A program made the position numbers and the translations under genes. DNA of 64,000 bases from Takakia lepidozioides (taxonomy: Eukaryota; Plantae; Bryophyta), in contig CM060734.1 of assembly GCA_030704615.1 (NCBI GenBank), forward strand, positions 9,672,001 to 9,736,000, given 5' to 3'. Shown here piece after piece: positions 21,690 to 34,311 of this stretch (its first letter is position 1; each line of letters opens with the position of its first letter). A model generated the notes under the pieces. The model searched no databases, was not told where the DNA came from, and saw only the letters and a program-made list of their open reading frames with translations.

Positions 21690-24600
21690 TTACTTTGTCT
21701 TCCACCCATGTGCACGGGCGGCACGCTCATATGCGCCGTAAGCTTCGGCCTCCGGATATTCCTTTCCAGGTCTAGATCCATCTTTATCAATACGGCCCCC
21801 ACCTTCAACAAAAGCCATCACCACTTGAACAAGCAAGCTCTCAAACGAGCAAGCAGGGCTCCAACCACTGGCAGTCAAGAGTTCCATACAAATGCTGCCC
21901 CCAATAGTGACATGGCCTGTATGCATCATGAACCTAGGAGTAAGAACCCTCACGAAGGGAGGCTGGAAAGGGTAGTTTTCTGGAAATTTGATCTCCAGCT
22001 CAACATTGACATCCTCGTTTGCATTCCACTTCTTAGTGAGATCCATGAGATCTTTCATGATCGGGCTTTGTTTGAACAAAACCTGGTGGAGGCTCACCCG
22101 CCAGCAATAGATGTTACTCTCATCTGGAATATCAAGTGAGATCCCAACAAGCACTGGGACAACCTCATCAAGTCCCACAGATGCTGCCTTCGCCTGAGCC
22201 ATGGACTTCAGAAGACTCTTGTACTCCTGCATAATCGCCCGTGTTGCAGACAAGGTGGGGGTAGCATCTGCAAGCTTTCCTCTCTTTTCTCTGTGCAGCT
22301 GAGAGCTGGGTGTCCCTTTTTGCATATTTTCTGCAGCCTTCATGGGTAAGGTGCCTGTGCTGTCCATGTCCTGACCCAATTTTATCCTTCGGTTCTGATC
22401 AGCTATGGCCCGCAGGGCATTGCAGCGTGCCACCTTTCGGGCAGCTTGCTCTGCCAGCCGCCCCTCCTGATAGCTGTCACGGAGGCCCTGGTAATGACCA
22501 AAAAGATTGGTAGTTTGTGAGAGCATGTGCCCTTGGATGCTGGCATCTCCATGGACAACACTCCCTTGGAAAACCAAAAGATAACGAATTGCAACATCTG
22601 TTTGGAATTGTCGTGGAACGACAAGGATTTCGTGGTGACTTTGAGTCTGGGTGGCTTGGTTTGTACATCCCTCAACTATCTCACAGATTGCTAGACACTG
22701 GAACCCATCTCTGAGGCGACCATTAGCCCAGCCAGCCCCAGTTGCACGCGCATAGCTCATAGAAGTCATCATTTTGCGGGCAAAATAGATTCCCTCTCCA
22801 TATGCAGCCCCTGCTGACATGTAGATTGTGTTGCTCATGCAACGAAGTCCATTTCTGAATCCCAACCATCCAAGCCCACCCATAAATTGTCTTTGAGCCA
22901 GCACCCAGCTGAGAAGCTCACATGCAACAAAAAATCCAGTAACTTGGGTTCAGACAGATAAGAGAGACAAACAACACAACTCCAAAGAAATGATTGAAGA
23001 CCTGTGTATCAACAGAAGGCGATATACAAGGGTCCAGTAAGTCACACCTTAGAATGGAGTACCAATTGTCTGCTGAGCTTCCATGAAAGGCAAAGAAGGA
23101 GCCACCGGCTGCAGCACGCCGCTGCGCAAAGTGAGCCTCCTTCTCTGGACTGTCATGGAGCACTGCAAACTGGAATATGCAGTTGGGAAAGTTGAGCATC
23201 TGGTTTCCATCAAGAACCCGCAGTGATAGTCGGTTGGTAGTCAAAACAAACCGCATCACATCATATGCCAGCCATCGCTCCTTGGCCCAATCTGATACCT
23301 GCTGTGCACAAAGTGTGGTTTAACATCCAAGCACCCCTACAATACATTCCTCACATTTCAAACTCCCTCATGTTCTTCCCTCTCAGGCATTGGGGAACTT
23401 TGTGAATGTCATCTAGAGCCTTGTCTCTCTAAATCTTTGTGTCATTAACTAACCCTGACAACAAGTAAGAATGGGAGAAAAGGGTATACGAAATGAAGCA
23501 GACCTCTCCTAGTCTCTCTCCTTCCAAGGATTTCCTCGTGAACGAAGATTTGTCCAACATTTTCCAACCACAAGGTGGACACAGAACAAGATTTCTTCCT
23601 CTCAATCCCCTACCTTCCTGTGAGATCCAGAGAAGATACTAGTGTCTTCTTAGAGTTTCCTTGTCCCCAGCCAAGGCATCAAGTTATGAGGATCCGAAAT
23701 GCTTTGCTGTAATCAACAGTAGATTGAAAAAATCTGAATAATCCGATATACCTAGAGGTTTCCTACACGAGGCACTCCAACTTCATGCAACATCGGGGTT
23801 TGGTTTGTTCTTTGTTCCCAGAATGTCTGGCCTCCAATGAATGAGAAAAATTGGTCTCCTTCTACTTTTGAGCCATGAGCCCAATAGCTAGATAGAAGTG
23901 GTTGGTGGCCTACCTGAGGCTTCTGCTGCATACCCTGGGGGCCTTTCCCCTTGAGGCCTCGTTGGTACCAAGCTTTGGTCAAGATTTTCTTCAAGGCAAC
24001 CTCATCCGAGCACCGCTGGAGCTCTGTGGTTGGAGGGATGCTCCTCAGGACCCCTTTGAGCAGGTCCAGCTTCTTATTCACCAGCGGCGACTGGGTGTTG
24101 GCCTTTTGGCCATTACTAAACCAGCCACTGCGGCCTCGCATCTCAACTCTTGCTAATAAGAATGCTGGAAATGGCTCAAACACGTCCCGAGTGCTTATGG
24201 CTGCTGCTGATGCCAGTGAGAGCTCGAGGTCCACAAGCTCAGGAGACTTCTGGACTTCTTGGAGCACTGATGCTCCTAGGCCCAGTTCCTCAAACCGATA
24301 CAGACTGCACCCAAAGGTTTTTGCCACAGGAGAGAGCAGCACATAAGCATCAACCCACGTCATCAACCACTTAACACTACTTTCAAGCACCCCGGGTTGA
24401 GTGCTGCCTTACCAACAGCTGTCTCAGGTGGTAGATGGGGCACAAGATTTGCCCATGTGAGAATATATTGAGGAAGTCTCACAGCATGGAAGGCAACAAT
24501 AACCTATCATTCTTCAAACGTGTGCCATCTGAGGACAGTTGCAATAGATGGATCATAGCGGACACAAATGCAGAGCCAACCATGCAAACCTTACTTGGTG

Positions 24601-26658
24601 AGGTACCTCAGCCCACTCAGGTGACAAGGTCTATGATTTACACCAAATCATGATAGTTTCCTTGCAAGGTGGCCTATGATGTATACTTAAGGCATATTCC
24701 CAGCAGAACCCTCCCAAAGCCAGGGATGCAGGGTGTAATGAGACAGCTCACAGCACTCGTGCACCGGCAACAACAACCAAGGTGCAGGGGAGGCTCTAGG
24801 AGCAGTGCTGACAATGCCTTGTAGCATGATGCCAACGCCATACTATGAATCAACACTCAAAAACTTCCAACAGATGCAATGCATTTGGCTGCAGGTCACA
24901 TTGTTGAGGAAGAAAGGCATTACAAAGCCCACAGGAAGTTCATGTTGAGAGAAAGGGGACAGAACAGGGAGAACACAGAGGAAGAGTGAGAGAAGGAAGA
25001 AAGGAGCATTAGAGATAACACTCACCATAAATCCTTGCTACATGTGCGCAGACGTGTGACAGAAAAGGGGAGTGAATCCCAGCACACTATACACCAGTTG
25101 GGCAATGCTTTCAAGCGCATTGAAATAAACCTCAGAAGTCCAAGGAAAGGGTTCTCTTCAGATACGCATGCTTCCAGTTGGTCAAATAGACTGCGGGTTT
25201 TCTCTGTCAGCATGCAGTGCTGAGTCTGGTGCAGTACGTTTGCAGGACCCCCAGCCTTCTTCCAATTTAGGGCCTCGAAAAAGGTGCGAATCAATTCAGG
25301 GAAGAGAACCTCCAACCCATATAGATGCTTCTGGTTACTCCCTCTCAGCTTTTCAGCCTCTTCGTCAAGAATTTCATCAATCTCATCAATGGATTTTCTT
25401 TTCAGTTCATCACCCTCTGCAGTCACCTCCACTCTCTTCATCTCCTGCTTTGCAGTGATGACCTCCGGACTCAAAATCTTGAATGCTGAGAACAAAGATT
25501 CTGACCACACCGACTTGCTAAACTCTAGTTGAAGATTCACAGGTTCATCCAACGAGAACCCAAGTGCTGCAGCTACCCCCTCATCGAGAATCCCTGCAAG
25601 CTCAAACTGCATCTGGACCTTCAAATATGTGGGATTTGACGATACACAGCACCACATCAACAAATCATCTCTGGAAGGGAGGCTGAGAAGAACCCCCTCG
25701 TCTGTTGCAGAAAGAGAATGTGGGAGAAACCCCTTTGTCTGTGCTGCCTCACAGGCTCGTCTGGCGTCCTCTGCCAGTGCGTGAAGGAAACCGCGAGATC
25801 GATACTGAACTTCAGAGCTCTGAATGTCCATGGGTTCCCCCATGGCCAAGTCATAGCCGTCCTCGTCATCCTTGTCCGATTCATCAAAGCCCATGAAATC
25901 TGGGCCACTCACATCATTATCTTCTGCACCACCATTGATATTCTCCATCCCAATGTTCACCTACCACAATCCAGCAAAAATGGTGAGTTCAGAAGATACT
26001 GAGACAGCTGATTTGTGGGAGATAGTCAGTATGCCCCATGGCTTTGTACCCACTACAGGAATCCCACGGTCTAGAATACAAACCTAAGTCAATGCAAGGC
26101 CACATCAGTCATCTCCCTGTATTCCCCAAGTTCCAAAACTCGGCGACAATAACACATCAGCTGTCTAGTTCTCTTAAAACAGTTTGCAAGTTGTGTCATT
26201 ACCTCCATCATAACCCCCTTTGCTTGAGAAGATCCCCCTCTAGCTTTGGTGACACAAAGGTTCTGCCGCTGACACTGGCCTTTTCGATTCTGGAATTTCA
26301 TCAATGCCGCAAGCAACGCATCCAACACTTCATGCAGTGCCTTAGGCCCAACCTTGATCCGCTCAACTTTCTCATTGAGAGATTCCAGGTAGTTCTCTAA
26401 ACTTTCGTTGATCCTAAGACCCATCACAATGAAAACCTCGTCGGAGTCAATGGCTTGCCCGCCTACCTCAAGGACGTTAATGGATCGGAAGGTGGATGGG
26501 ATGATGATTTGTAGCATGTTCCCATTGGCGTCCAGATTGAGATATGTATCGGAGGCATCTGTGAGCTTCAAAGCCAGGCCTGAAATTTCAACCTGCTTTT
26601 CTTTGGCCCATGATAGGTACTCAGATTGGCTTTGTTGGACCACCATCTTTGCCTGCAT
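21690..26658 (-). CDS. PARP6/8-like mono-ADP-ribosyltransferase fused to a C-terminal UBE2Q-like ubiquitin-conjugating (E2) domain, ~1065 aa, 5 coding exons
   Basis: In-phase exons 26658-26203, 25960-25026, 24304-23914, 23298-23048, 22854-21690. WCIVC...CSKDLCLYRFEELG Cys region; ART core FAFHGSSADNWYSILRNGL...AAYGEGIYFA...SMSYA...CLAICEIV; E2 FPENYPFQPPFVRV..PRF...GHVTIGGSICMELL..SGWSPA. The first exon and start codon are less certain. Confidence 0.88.
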
Positions 26659-28756
26659 CTTGACAATAATAGAGTTGGCAAAGTTGCTAGTGCTTCAAAG
26701 GAAGAAACTCTTTGAACAATTTATCGGTGAAGCCACCCGCCCTCCTCGCCTGGCTGCCACCCCAAGAGCCTTGCCTCCGTTCCGCAATGCCGACCTACTC
26801 TGACATGGAAAATGGACATAAGAATCAGTTGAAGTACTTTTAAGGTGTGGGTACTTGCTCCAGCTGAAGGAACGGGTAAGACTCTACTGGCAAAAGTAGG
26901 ACACTGATCAACGACAATATACCACAAAACCTCGAATACTTTCAGTAGAACTAACTTCGTAACTATTCAGAGGAAAGCAGATCGAGACTCCAATCTTCCC
27001 AAATGTTAGTCCAGAAATTGATGAATTGTTTCATGGTGCATAGTAAATGCTGACTGATGTTCTTGAGTGACGATTGAGCTCCAGGTTCGACTCAAAGACT
27101 GGACAGATCGCAATGTCAGCTAACCATTTCTCACATGCACTGACCTAACATCGAATTCTCAAAGTAACAAGAGAAAGAGTGCGATTCATCTAATTGTGTT
27201 CGTAAGTTATCGTTAACAACATCCAAGTGATTATAAAAGCTTGAGAAAACGACAAAACGCTCAGTTGATTAGAATACCTACTGCGAACGGCAACGGTACG
27301 TTCAGACTTAGATCATGCGTAAATCTGTGCACGAAGAAACCATACAATCCTCTAAAGCAGCCTGCAAAGAGTAGGTTTGCTCAATTCACGTGAGGCTTAA
27401 GCCCCGATTGTTTGGAGTCTCGTAGGAATTGTAACAAGTTCAAGAAACAGAGCACTGGGTACCATTCAAATCAACCATCATGGGTCACCCTTCAGAGATG
27501 CGTACACAAAGACACCTATACGACCCAAAAGAATCTGAACCAGAAGTGTGGACACGACTAGGTTCTGGAGGAAGATGAGACTCTGATACCTGGGAAAAGA
27601 GTGTGCTATGGAGGAATTGCAACCATTCCAACATAGGCATGCTGGAAATTATCAATGCAGCTCATGTAACCTCCGTATGCCGCAATTAGCCAGATTTGAA
27701 TGCAAAAGCTACTTTTTCAAGCCTTACAGGCCAAATCTTCCTTTGGCATCCGAAATATAACCATATGGTGCATGAAACCTCCTCACCACCCTTAGGAACG
27801 AGAGAAACCCAAATTCTCAATCCTCCTTTGCTCTTTAAACAAGGAGAGCCCCGCTACCACTGCCTCTACTCCCTCCCACCTCTTTCTGTCCCCCCTGCCT
27901 TTCCTGTACAAAAAATCCGCTGAAATCAAAGACCCACACGGAGATTTCTGTTAAGAAGGATCGGCGTGTTGCCCACTCATCTTATCTGCTCCAGAATCTT
28001 GTGAGTCCTCGGCAGCACAGTGCGAGGCTTGCTTCGTCACAAAGCGAAGAGCAAAAGAGAAAAACGAGGCTCTTCGGGGCCACGTCAGCCTCACTCCTAT
28101 TGGCCAGATCTTCCCAACGGATCCTAGCCGTACATCTCGTAACCCTCGTCGCACTCTGGTCCCCAGCGTGGTTACCGTAGTACTACTAGGGTTACAATTA
28201 TAAAATAAACTAAAAACAAATCAATACACTTTGAGGATTTTTATTTTATTAACTTTTTTAGGTAGTAAAACGTTTAGAGCTAAGTACCCCCACCTGCCAA
28301 TCCGGATTAAACCTTAAACTTCCCCACTTACGGATATTCTTGGGCATGTCACCCTACTTTCCTTTTTAAACAATTTGTTTGGACAAATATCGACCCCCCG
28401 GACTCAAGACCGTGGGGCCTACCATCCGCTATTTTGACAGCGGCCCGCTGTTTACGGGGGACTCGTGGCAGGCCACCCGGGCACCAAGTGCCAAGCAGCC
28501 CCCGACAATCGGGCAGCGGGCAGAGGATCTCTGGAATCTGGATTATATTCTGATGTCACATCATGCTTTTTGGGCCATAAATTTCTCCCATTCTGGCCAA
28601 TGAAGCGCGGGCAGGTGGTGCTACGAGTTCTTCATTTCATGTCCTCCTTGCATGTGAAGGGCCCCCTCATGCTTTTAGCAGTCTATATATATACGTGTGT
28701 GTGTGTGTGTGGCCTCCACAAGAAAGCGTAAAATATGTTGTCTCTTTTGGCACTTC

Positions 28757-28852
28757 AGGCAAAAAGGTGGACACCCTTTAGACACCAATCGGTAGATTGA
28801 ACCCCAGGTGGTATGTGCCCATTATTGCCTGGCTACAACTTGGTTGTCAGAC
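28757..28852 (-). repeat. tRNA-derived (SINE-like) head, copy 2
   Basis: The reverse complement TGACAACCAAGTTGTAGCCAGGCAATAATGGGCACATACCAC...GGTTCAATC...GGTGTCCACCTTT aligns by eye with 6522-6630. Confidence 0.55.
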
Positions 28853-30252
28853 AAGTACATTTAGCGCCACCACCTAGCGTATAGGGTATTGGCCCGATAA
28901 TTGTGTTTACTAATACTCTTGGGCGATATCCTACCAGCCTGGTAAGTGGTTGAACATTTGGTACTTGATACCAGTATCATTTTGTGAGGAACAACCTGAA
29001 TATGAGTATTGCTGGTGCACGCGGCACAAATATGGATGCGGCTCCAAGTAGAAATCAGGTGTTGGTGTTTTGATGGGGATGTGTAGGGTTTACAGCCTGT
29101 GAGGCTTGTTAGTTAGCCATAGTGTTAGAGTAAGGGTATCCCTAGTTCCAAAAGTTTTGAACGACGAACTACATTTATCGGCATCAAAGAGCCTCCATAT
29201 GCTTGATACTATCATTCAATGATTTTTTATCTAGTGTGCAAGTGATATCAATATATAGTGAGTCTTTTTATACCACACACGCAAACTTGGGGGCTATCAG
29301 CAGCTACTGTACTCTGTCCCTATTAATTAATATATCTATGGTTCGTGTTTACATTTTTTTTTTGGGCCCTCCATAGCCCACTACTTATTAATTTAGTAAG
29401 TAGTAGTGCACAGTCCCAATATGGATGTGGCTTGCTTTTATTGCAAGCGTGTGGGCTGACAGGTACGGCCCGCAAGGTATAGGCGGGGAACACCCATTCC
29501 GGCCAGCGTTTCTTTTAAGGTATTTACATTGTAGCACAAGTGGCATCCATTAGAACCTTAGAGGAGCATGTATGGCGCTTGTACAAAATGCGTAGTGGAA
29601 ATGGCTGGCGATAATATGAGATTTTGAATGGGTATTGGGCGAATGAACCTAAAACCTAGCAGACTTGTTGAGGCGAATCACCCAGAATTGACATAGCAAA
29701 TTGGAGGGTTTAGGCATCATTGGAGACTAGGCAGAAATTATGCCAAACACCACCAAAAAAACTTAAACCACCATTCATAAGTATAAAACCTTAAATTGGC
29801 TTATATTGCATTTCAGTCAATCTACACTAAGTGGCATATTTGAACCCTCGCCCAAAAAGACCCTGCCTGATGCTACATGGCACATAGATAAGAAGTATCA
29901 ATGTTTGCTCTCTTTAATCGCAGCCTTGAGTGATTACTGATTAACATAAAGTGCATGCGAAAGCACGCTCTGCAACTTGCAAGCAGCCCTAAGGCCTAAA
30001 GAGAGGAGAGGAAAAAAATGAAAGAAGCGGAAGAAGTGTGTTTCGGGGTTTTTTTTTTCCCCTAAACTTGATGACATGTGTCCTTTTATCCCAAAAACAA
30101 TGAATAAATGACATTCTCATTCCGTTAACCCTATGCCAACCTTTTGATTATCATCCTCCTCTGCAGTCACCCTTTTGCCCTCCTCCGCGGCCACCTTTTT
30201 CATATTTAGGAACTTTATCATCCAAACCTGGTTGCTATCAAAAAAAAACTTT

Positions 30253-30318
30253 GAGGTGTTAGGAATCGAACACCAAGGCGATTAGCTAGGACTGGAGATG
30301 TTTACCACTAAGCTACCC
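30253..30318 (-). other. Degenerate tRNA-like sequence (Pol III A/B boxes)
   Basis: Minus strand GGTAGCTTAGTGGTAAA...GTGTTCGATTCC. The acceptor and anticodon stems do not pair convincingly. Confidence 0.45.
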
Positions 30319-30378
30319 ATACAAATACTACAAACATACCACTACAAAGTTTATCTATACAGATTGTACTATACTTAC

Positions 30379-30380
<2 letters not shown>

Positions 30381-30408
<28 letters not shown>
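30381..30408. repeat. (TA)n microsatellite
   Basis: Direct reading. Other (TA)n tracts lie at ~34277-34308, 48840-48903 and 53291-53313. Confidence 0.95.
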
Positions 30409-30411
<3 letters not shown>

Positions 30412-30839
30412 GGGCAACCACGTCCTCCAGCGCACTCGGAATGCGGCGATGTCTTGCACGTGGTCAGTGGGATCTGGCTCCTCTGCTGTAAACTGTCTTC
30501 ACTCAATATGGCGCCATATGCCTCCCTGTGGCGGCCCCTCTAGCGAATGGTGCGCCCATCAGATCAGCTTTTGGCGAAAAGTGATGATTTTTCAGCCTCA
30601 TTTCCCTTTACCCCCATCGCCAAGACCCGCGCGAGGTCGAAATCTGGCGATTATTCGCCACTAAGAGAATGGCTGCTTCCGGCACCCTCGTCGGTGAGCT
30701 GGACGTCCCATGTCAAATCATCCCCACCCCCCTCCGATCCCTCCGCCAACCCGCCCCCCCCCCCCCCCCGCCTGCTTGCCCCCCCCCCCTCACCCCCCAC
30801 GCTCGCCCCCGAACCCGCGAGCCCACCCCATCGAGCTCC

Positions 30840-31965
30840 CCCACCATCGATCCCCCAACCGTGCGCCCCCACGACCGCCCGATCTCCAGCCACGTGCCGC
30901 CCGCCCCCCCCCCCCCCCCTGTGGATCCCCTCATCCCTGGGTTCATCCCCCGTCAAGTGCCGGAGTGATCCCCCATCTCCTGCCACATGGTGCTCCCCCG
31001 AACCGTCGATCCCCTGCCCATCCATCCAACCTCAATAAAATGGATGATGTGGGTCATCCGCCCCTCATCCCCCGCCATACTCCCGCGCAGAGGATGGATG
31101 ACGAGCGGATGAAGGACCAATGACACTGCCACGCCACGTGGCGGTCCCCCCGCCGTCGATCCCCTCATCCCATCCACGGCATGATCCCCCGAGATGTCGT
31201 CGTTCCCCCTCCCTGGGTTGATCCCCCGTCCAGTGCGGGAGTGATCCCCCACCCCTAATCTGCAGCCACGTGGTGCTCCCCCGAACCGTCGATCCCCTGC
31301 ATATCCCTCCATCCTGAAAACAATGGATGATGTGGGTCATCCGCCCCTCATCCCCCCGCCATCCTCCCGCGCAGAGGATGGATGACGGGCGGATGAAGGG
31401 CCGATGACACTGCCACGCCACGTGGCGGTCCCCCGCCGTCGATCCCCTCATCCCATCCACGGCGCAATCCCCCAAGACGTCACCGTTCCCCTCCTGTTTT
31501 GATCCCCCGTCCAAGTGCGGGAGCGATCCCCCACCCCTAATCTGCAGCCACATGGTGCTCCCCCGAACCGTCGATCCCCTGCACATCCATCCAACTTGAA
31601 AACAATGGATGATGTGGGTCATCCGCCCCCAATCCCCCGCCATCCTCCGGCGCAGAGGATGGATGACGGGCGGATGAAGCGCCAATGACTCTGCCACGCC
31701 ACGTGGCGGTCCCCCCCGCCGTCGTTCCCCTGATCCCATCCACGGCGCGATCCCCCGAGACGTCACCGCTCCCCCCTCCCTGGGTTGATCCCCCACCCCT
31801 AATCTGCAGCCACGTGGTGCTCCCCCGAACCGTCGATCCCCTGCCCATCCATCCAACCTTAATAAAATGGATGATATGGGTCATCTGCCCCTCATCCCGG
31901 CACCATCCTCCCGCGCAGGGGATGGATGGCAGATGAAAGGCGGATGACACGACAGAGCCACGTGG

Positions 31966-32001
<36 letters not shown>

Positions 32002-32165
32002 CCGTCGATCCCCTCCGACTATCCATGGCGCGATCCCCCGAGCCGTCGCCGCTCCCCCCCTTGGTTGATCCCCCATCCAATGCGGGGAGTGATCCCCCTC
32101 CACTAATATGCCGCCACGTGGTGCCCCCCCGAACCGTCGATCCCCTGCGCATCCATCCAACCTGA
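30840..32165. repeat. GC-rich ~260-300-bp tandem repeat, ~5 units
   Basis: GCCACRTGGTGCTCCCCCGAACCGTCGATCCCCTGC anchors at 30982, 31265, 31547, 31809 and 32113, with long C runs. A related partial unit lies at ~35160-35380. Confidence 0.95.
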
Positions 32166-32984
32166 AAAGGGATTGCTGAAGCGTGAGCAGAATGAGCAAA
32201 AAATTCCGTGAGCAGAATTCTGCCCACGCTTCAGGATCTGCTCACCTATAACCGCGGACAACTGTTCGGCTTAGAGGACCTATTACTGCAGGTAGTGTCC
32301 AGTATAACATGCATACCGACAAGTCGTTATGGATGAATGATGGATGAATGATGGATGAATGGCCGATGAATGTATGTTGGACGAATGGCACATGGATGAA
32401 TGTAGTTTGTGGATGAATGGAAAATTAAAAAGCATTAGAGCTGCTCCTCCCCCTCCATCCCAAGAAAATGTCTTCTTGCATACTTGCAGGCATGGAACGA
32501 AGCCCCTGCAGGAGTGCAAATGGATCCATAAAATCATGTCAGAAGTCCAAACAGACGGCCAACATACATTGACTCCGCTAATGAAAGTGACCATGATCGG
32601 TCGCACCCCTTTCTGTGACCTTCCTATGTTGCATCATTTGTTCTATCTGAATTTGCTCGACCACATCACAAAGAGTCATTGCAATGGTATGTCTGAATGG
32701 CTACCTGACTGGGTCCAGATTAAGATGGCGTTGACGCCAGCTTAATTTCCACCCCTCTAAGCTCAAGGAAACTGATAAACAGAAAAGAAACACCACTGAA
32801 GTCTTACCGTCTGTTTGTGTATCTGTCTGTCTGTCTGTTTGTTTGTGTACATGTCTATCTGTCTACCTGTCTGTCTGGGTCTGGATTAAGATGGCGTTGA
32901 CGCCAGCCTAATCTCCACCCCTCTAAGCACAAGAAAATTGACAAACAGAAAAGCAGAAACCACTCAAGAACCTTGTCTGTCTGG

Positions 32985-34184
32985 GGGAATGCTTGCGCGT
33001 GAGCCTGTGAGCCCAGCCAAGCTCACGCCACGTCAGCAAGGTTTCCTACGTGCATGACCTAATTTCGCGGATGCCACCTATTTCCACGGAACTGTAGGCG
33101 ACTACCATACCCCAGATTTGCCAACTTTATTTTCCGAGAAGTCTCATCCCTCATCCAAATCTTGGTCGGATGAGAAATCACGGGTGGTTTGTGGATGGTT
33201 TTTGTCCACGGACACAGGATATTTTAGAGAGTACAATGTCATGTTGCGTAATGAACACAAAGGAGAATGAGTTTGTTCTAACGAAGTTCCTTCCCCCCAA
33301 TTCACATCCACTTTTCATTGATAGACGTTCTCCAGACAAACACCAGGAAATCCCTAAAGCGTCTTTGCGGTTTATGAAAAAACATGGTGCAGAACAGGTT
33401 GGCAAGACTTGCAATGCAAGACACGAAACGAAGAACAACAAGACCAGCAACCATACAAAATGCAAAAAACATCATAAAAAAAAGATGCTTTCATTTCTCA
33501 AATCAAGGTTGCGTCAACGCAAGGTTGATTTGCATCACCCCCCAGGAAGGAAAATAAAATAAAATAAAAAATAAAAAATCTTCAAAAAATGATGCTTTCA
33601 TTTCTCAAATCAAGGTTGCGTCAACGCAAGGTTGATTTGCATCACCCCCCAGGGAGAATAAAATCATATGTCTGTCGGTGTATGTCACGTCATCAATCGT
33701 GTTGTGCGTGCGTCTGTCATTTGTTGCATTCATTCCTCAAACTCATTTGTTCATTTGCGAACACATCAAGTCACAGTCAAATGAACATTCTCGGAAATCA
33801 ACCTCGTGTTAATACAAGGTTGATTTCGAGAACTTGAAATCAACCTCGTGTTAACACAAGGTTGATTTCAGTTCTAGGAAATTAACCTCGTGTTAATACA
33901 AGGTTCATTTCAAGTTCATTGAAATCAACCTCGTGTTAACACAAGGTTGATCTCTTCGGACGCCCTAAACCCTTAACCCATCTCACCTTCAGATGGTGAA
34001 ATCCCACAGTTATAGGCTCCACGATTATAGGCCCACCATCTTTGTGGTGACGTGGCACGACCTTGGGTGGGTTCACGCCACATCAGCACCAGCGCCACGT
34101 TAGCGCTGTGAGCGTAGGCTCACGCCACAATCACCATTGTGTGAGCGTACGCTCACATGTCAGGCTCACGCGGTAACATCGTTG
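32985..34184. mobile_element. 1.2-kb non-autonomous nested insertion (MULE-like MITE)
   Basis: Flanked by the direct repeat GTCTGTCTGG(G) at 32975-32984 and 34185-34194, interrupting a host repeat that is intact at ~32869-32900. Imperfect inverted ends CGCGTGAGCCTG / CAGGCTCACGCG. Confidence 0.75.
33794..33954. repeat. Four tandem ~34-bp palindromes (period 42-43 bp)
   Basis: GAAATCAACCTCGTGTTAAYACAAGGTTGATTTC at 33794, 33836, 33878 and 33921. Confidence 0.95.
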
Positions 34185-34273
34185 GTCTGTCTGGGTCTGG
34201 ATTAAGATGGCATTGACGCCAGCTTAATCTCCACCCCTCCAAGCATAAGGATATTGCAAAAACAGAAAAGCAG

Positions 34274-34311
<38 letters not shown>

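Noticed and set aside
30253-30318. Functional tRNA gene (also 6522-6630)
   Set aside because: A and B boxes are present but I could not build a full cloverleaf.
30547-32227. Pro-rich and Gly-rich ORFs (extensin-like)
   Set aside because: They are by-products of a GC-rich tandem repeat that is open in several frames on both strands.
33794-33954. CRISPR-like array of palindromic repeats
   Set aside because: The spacers are only ~8-9 bp and similar to each other, there are no cas genes, and the context is a eukaryotic TE.
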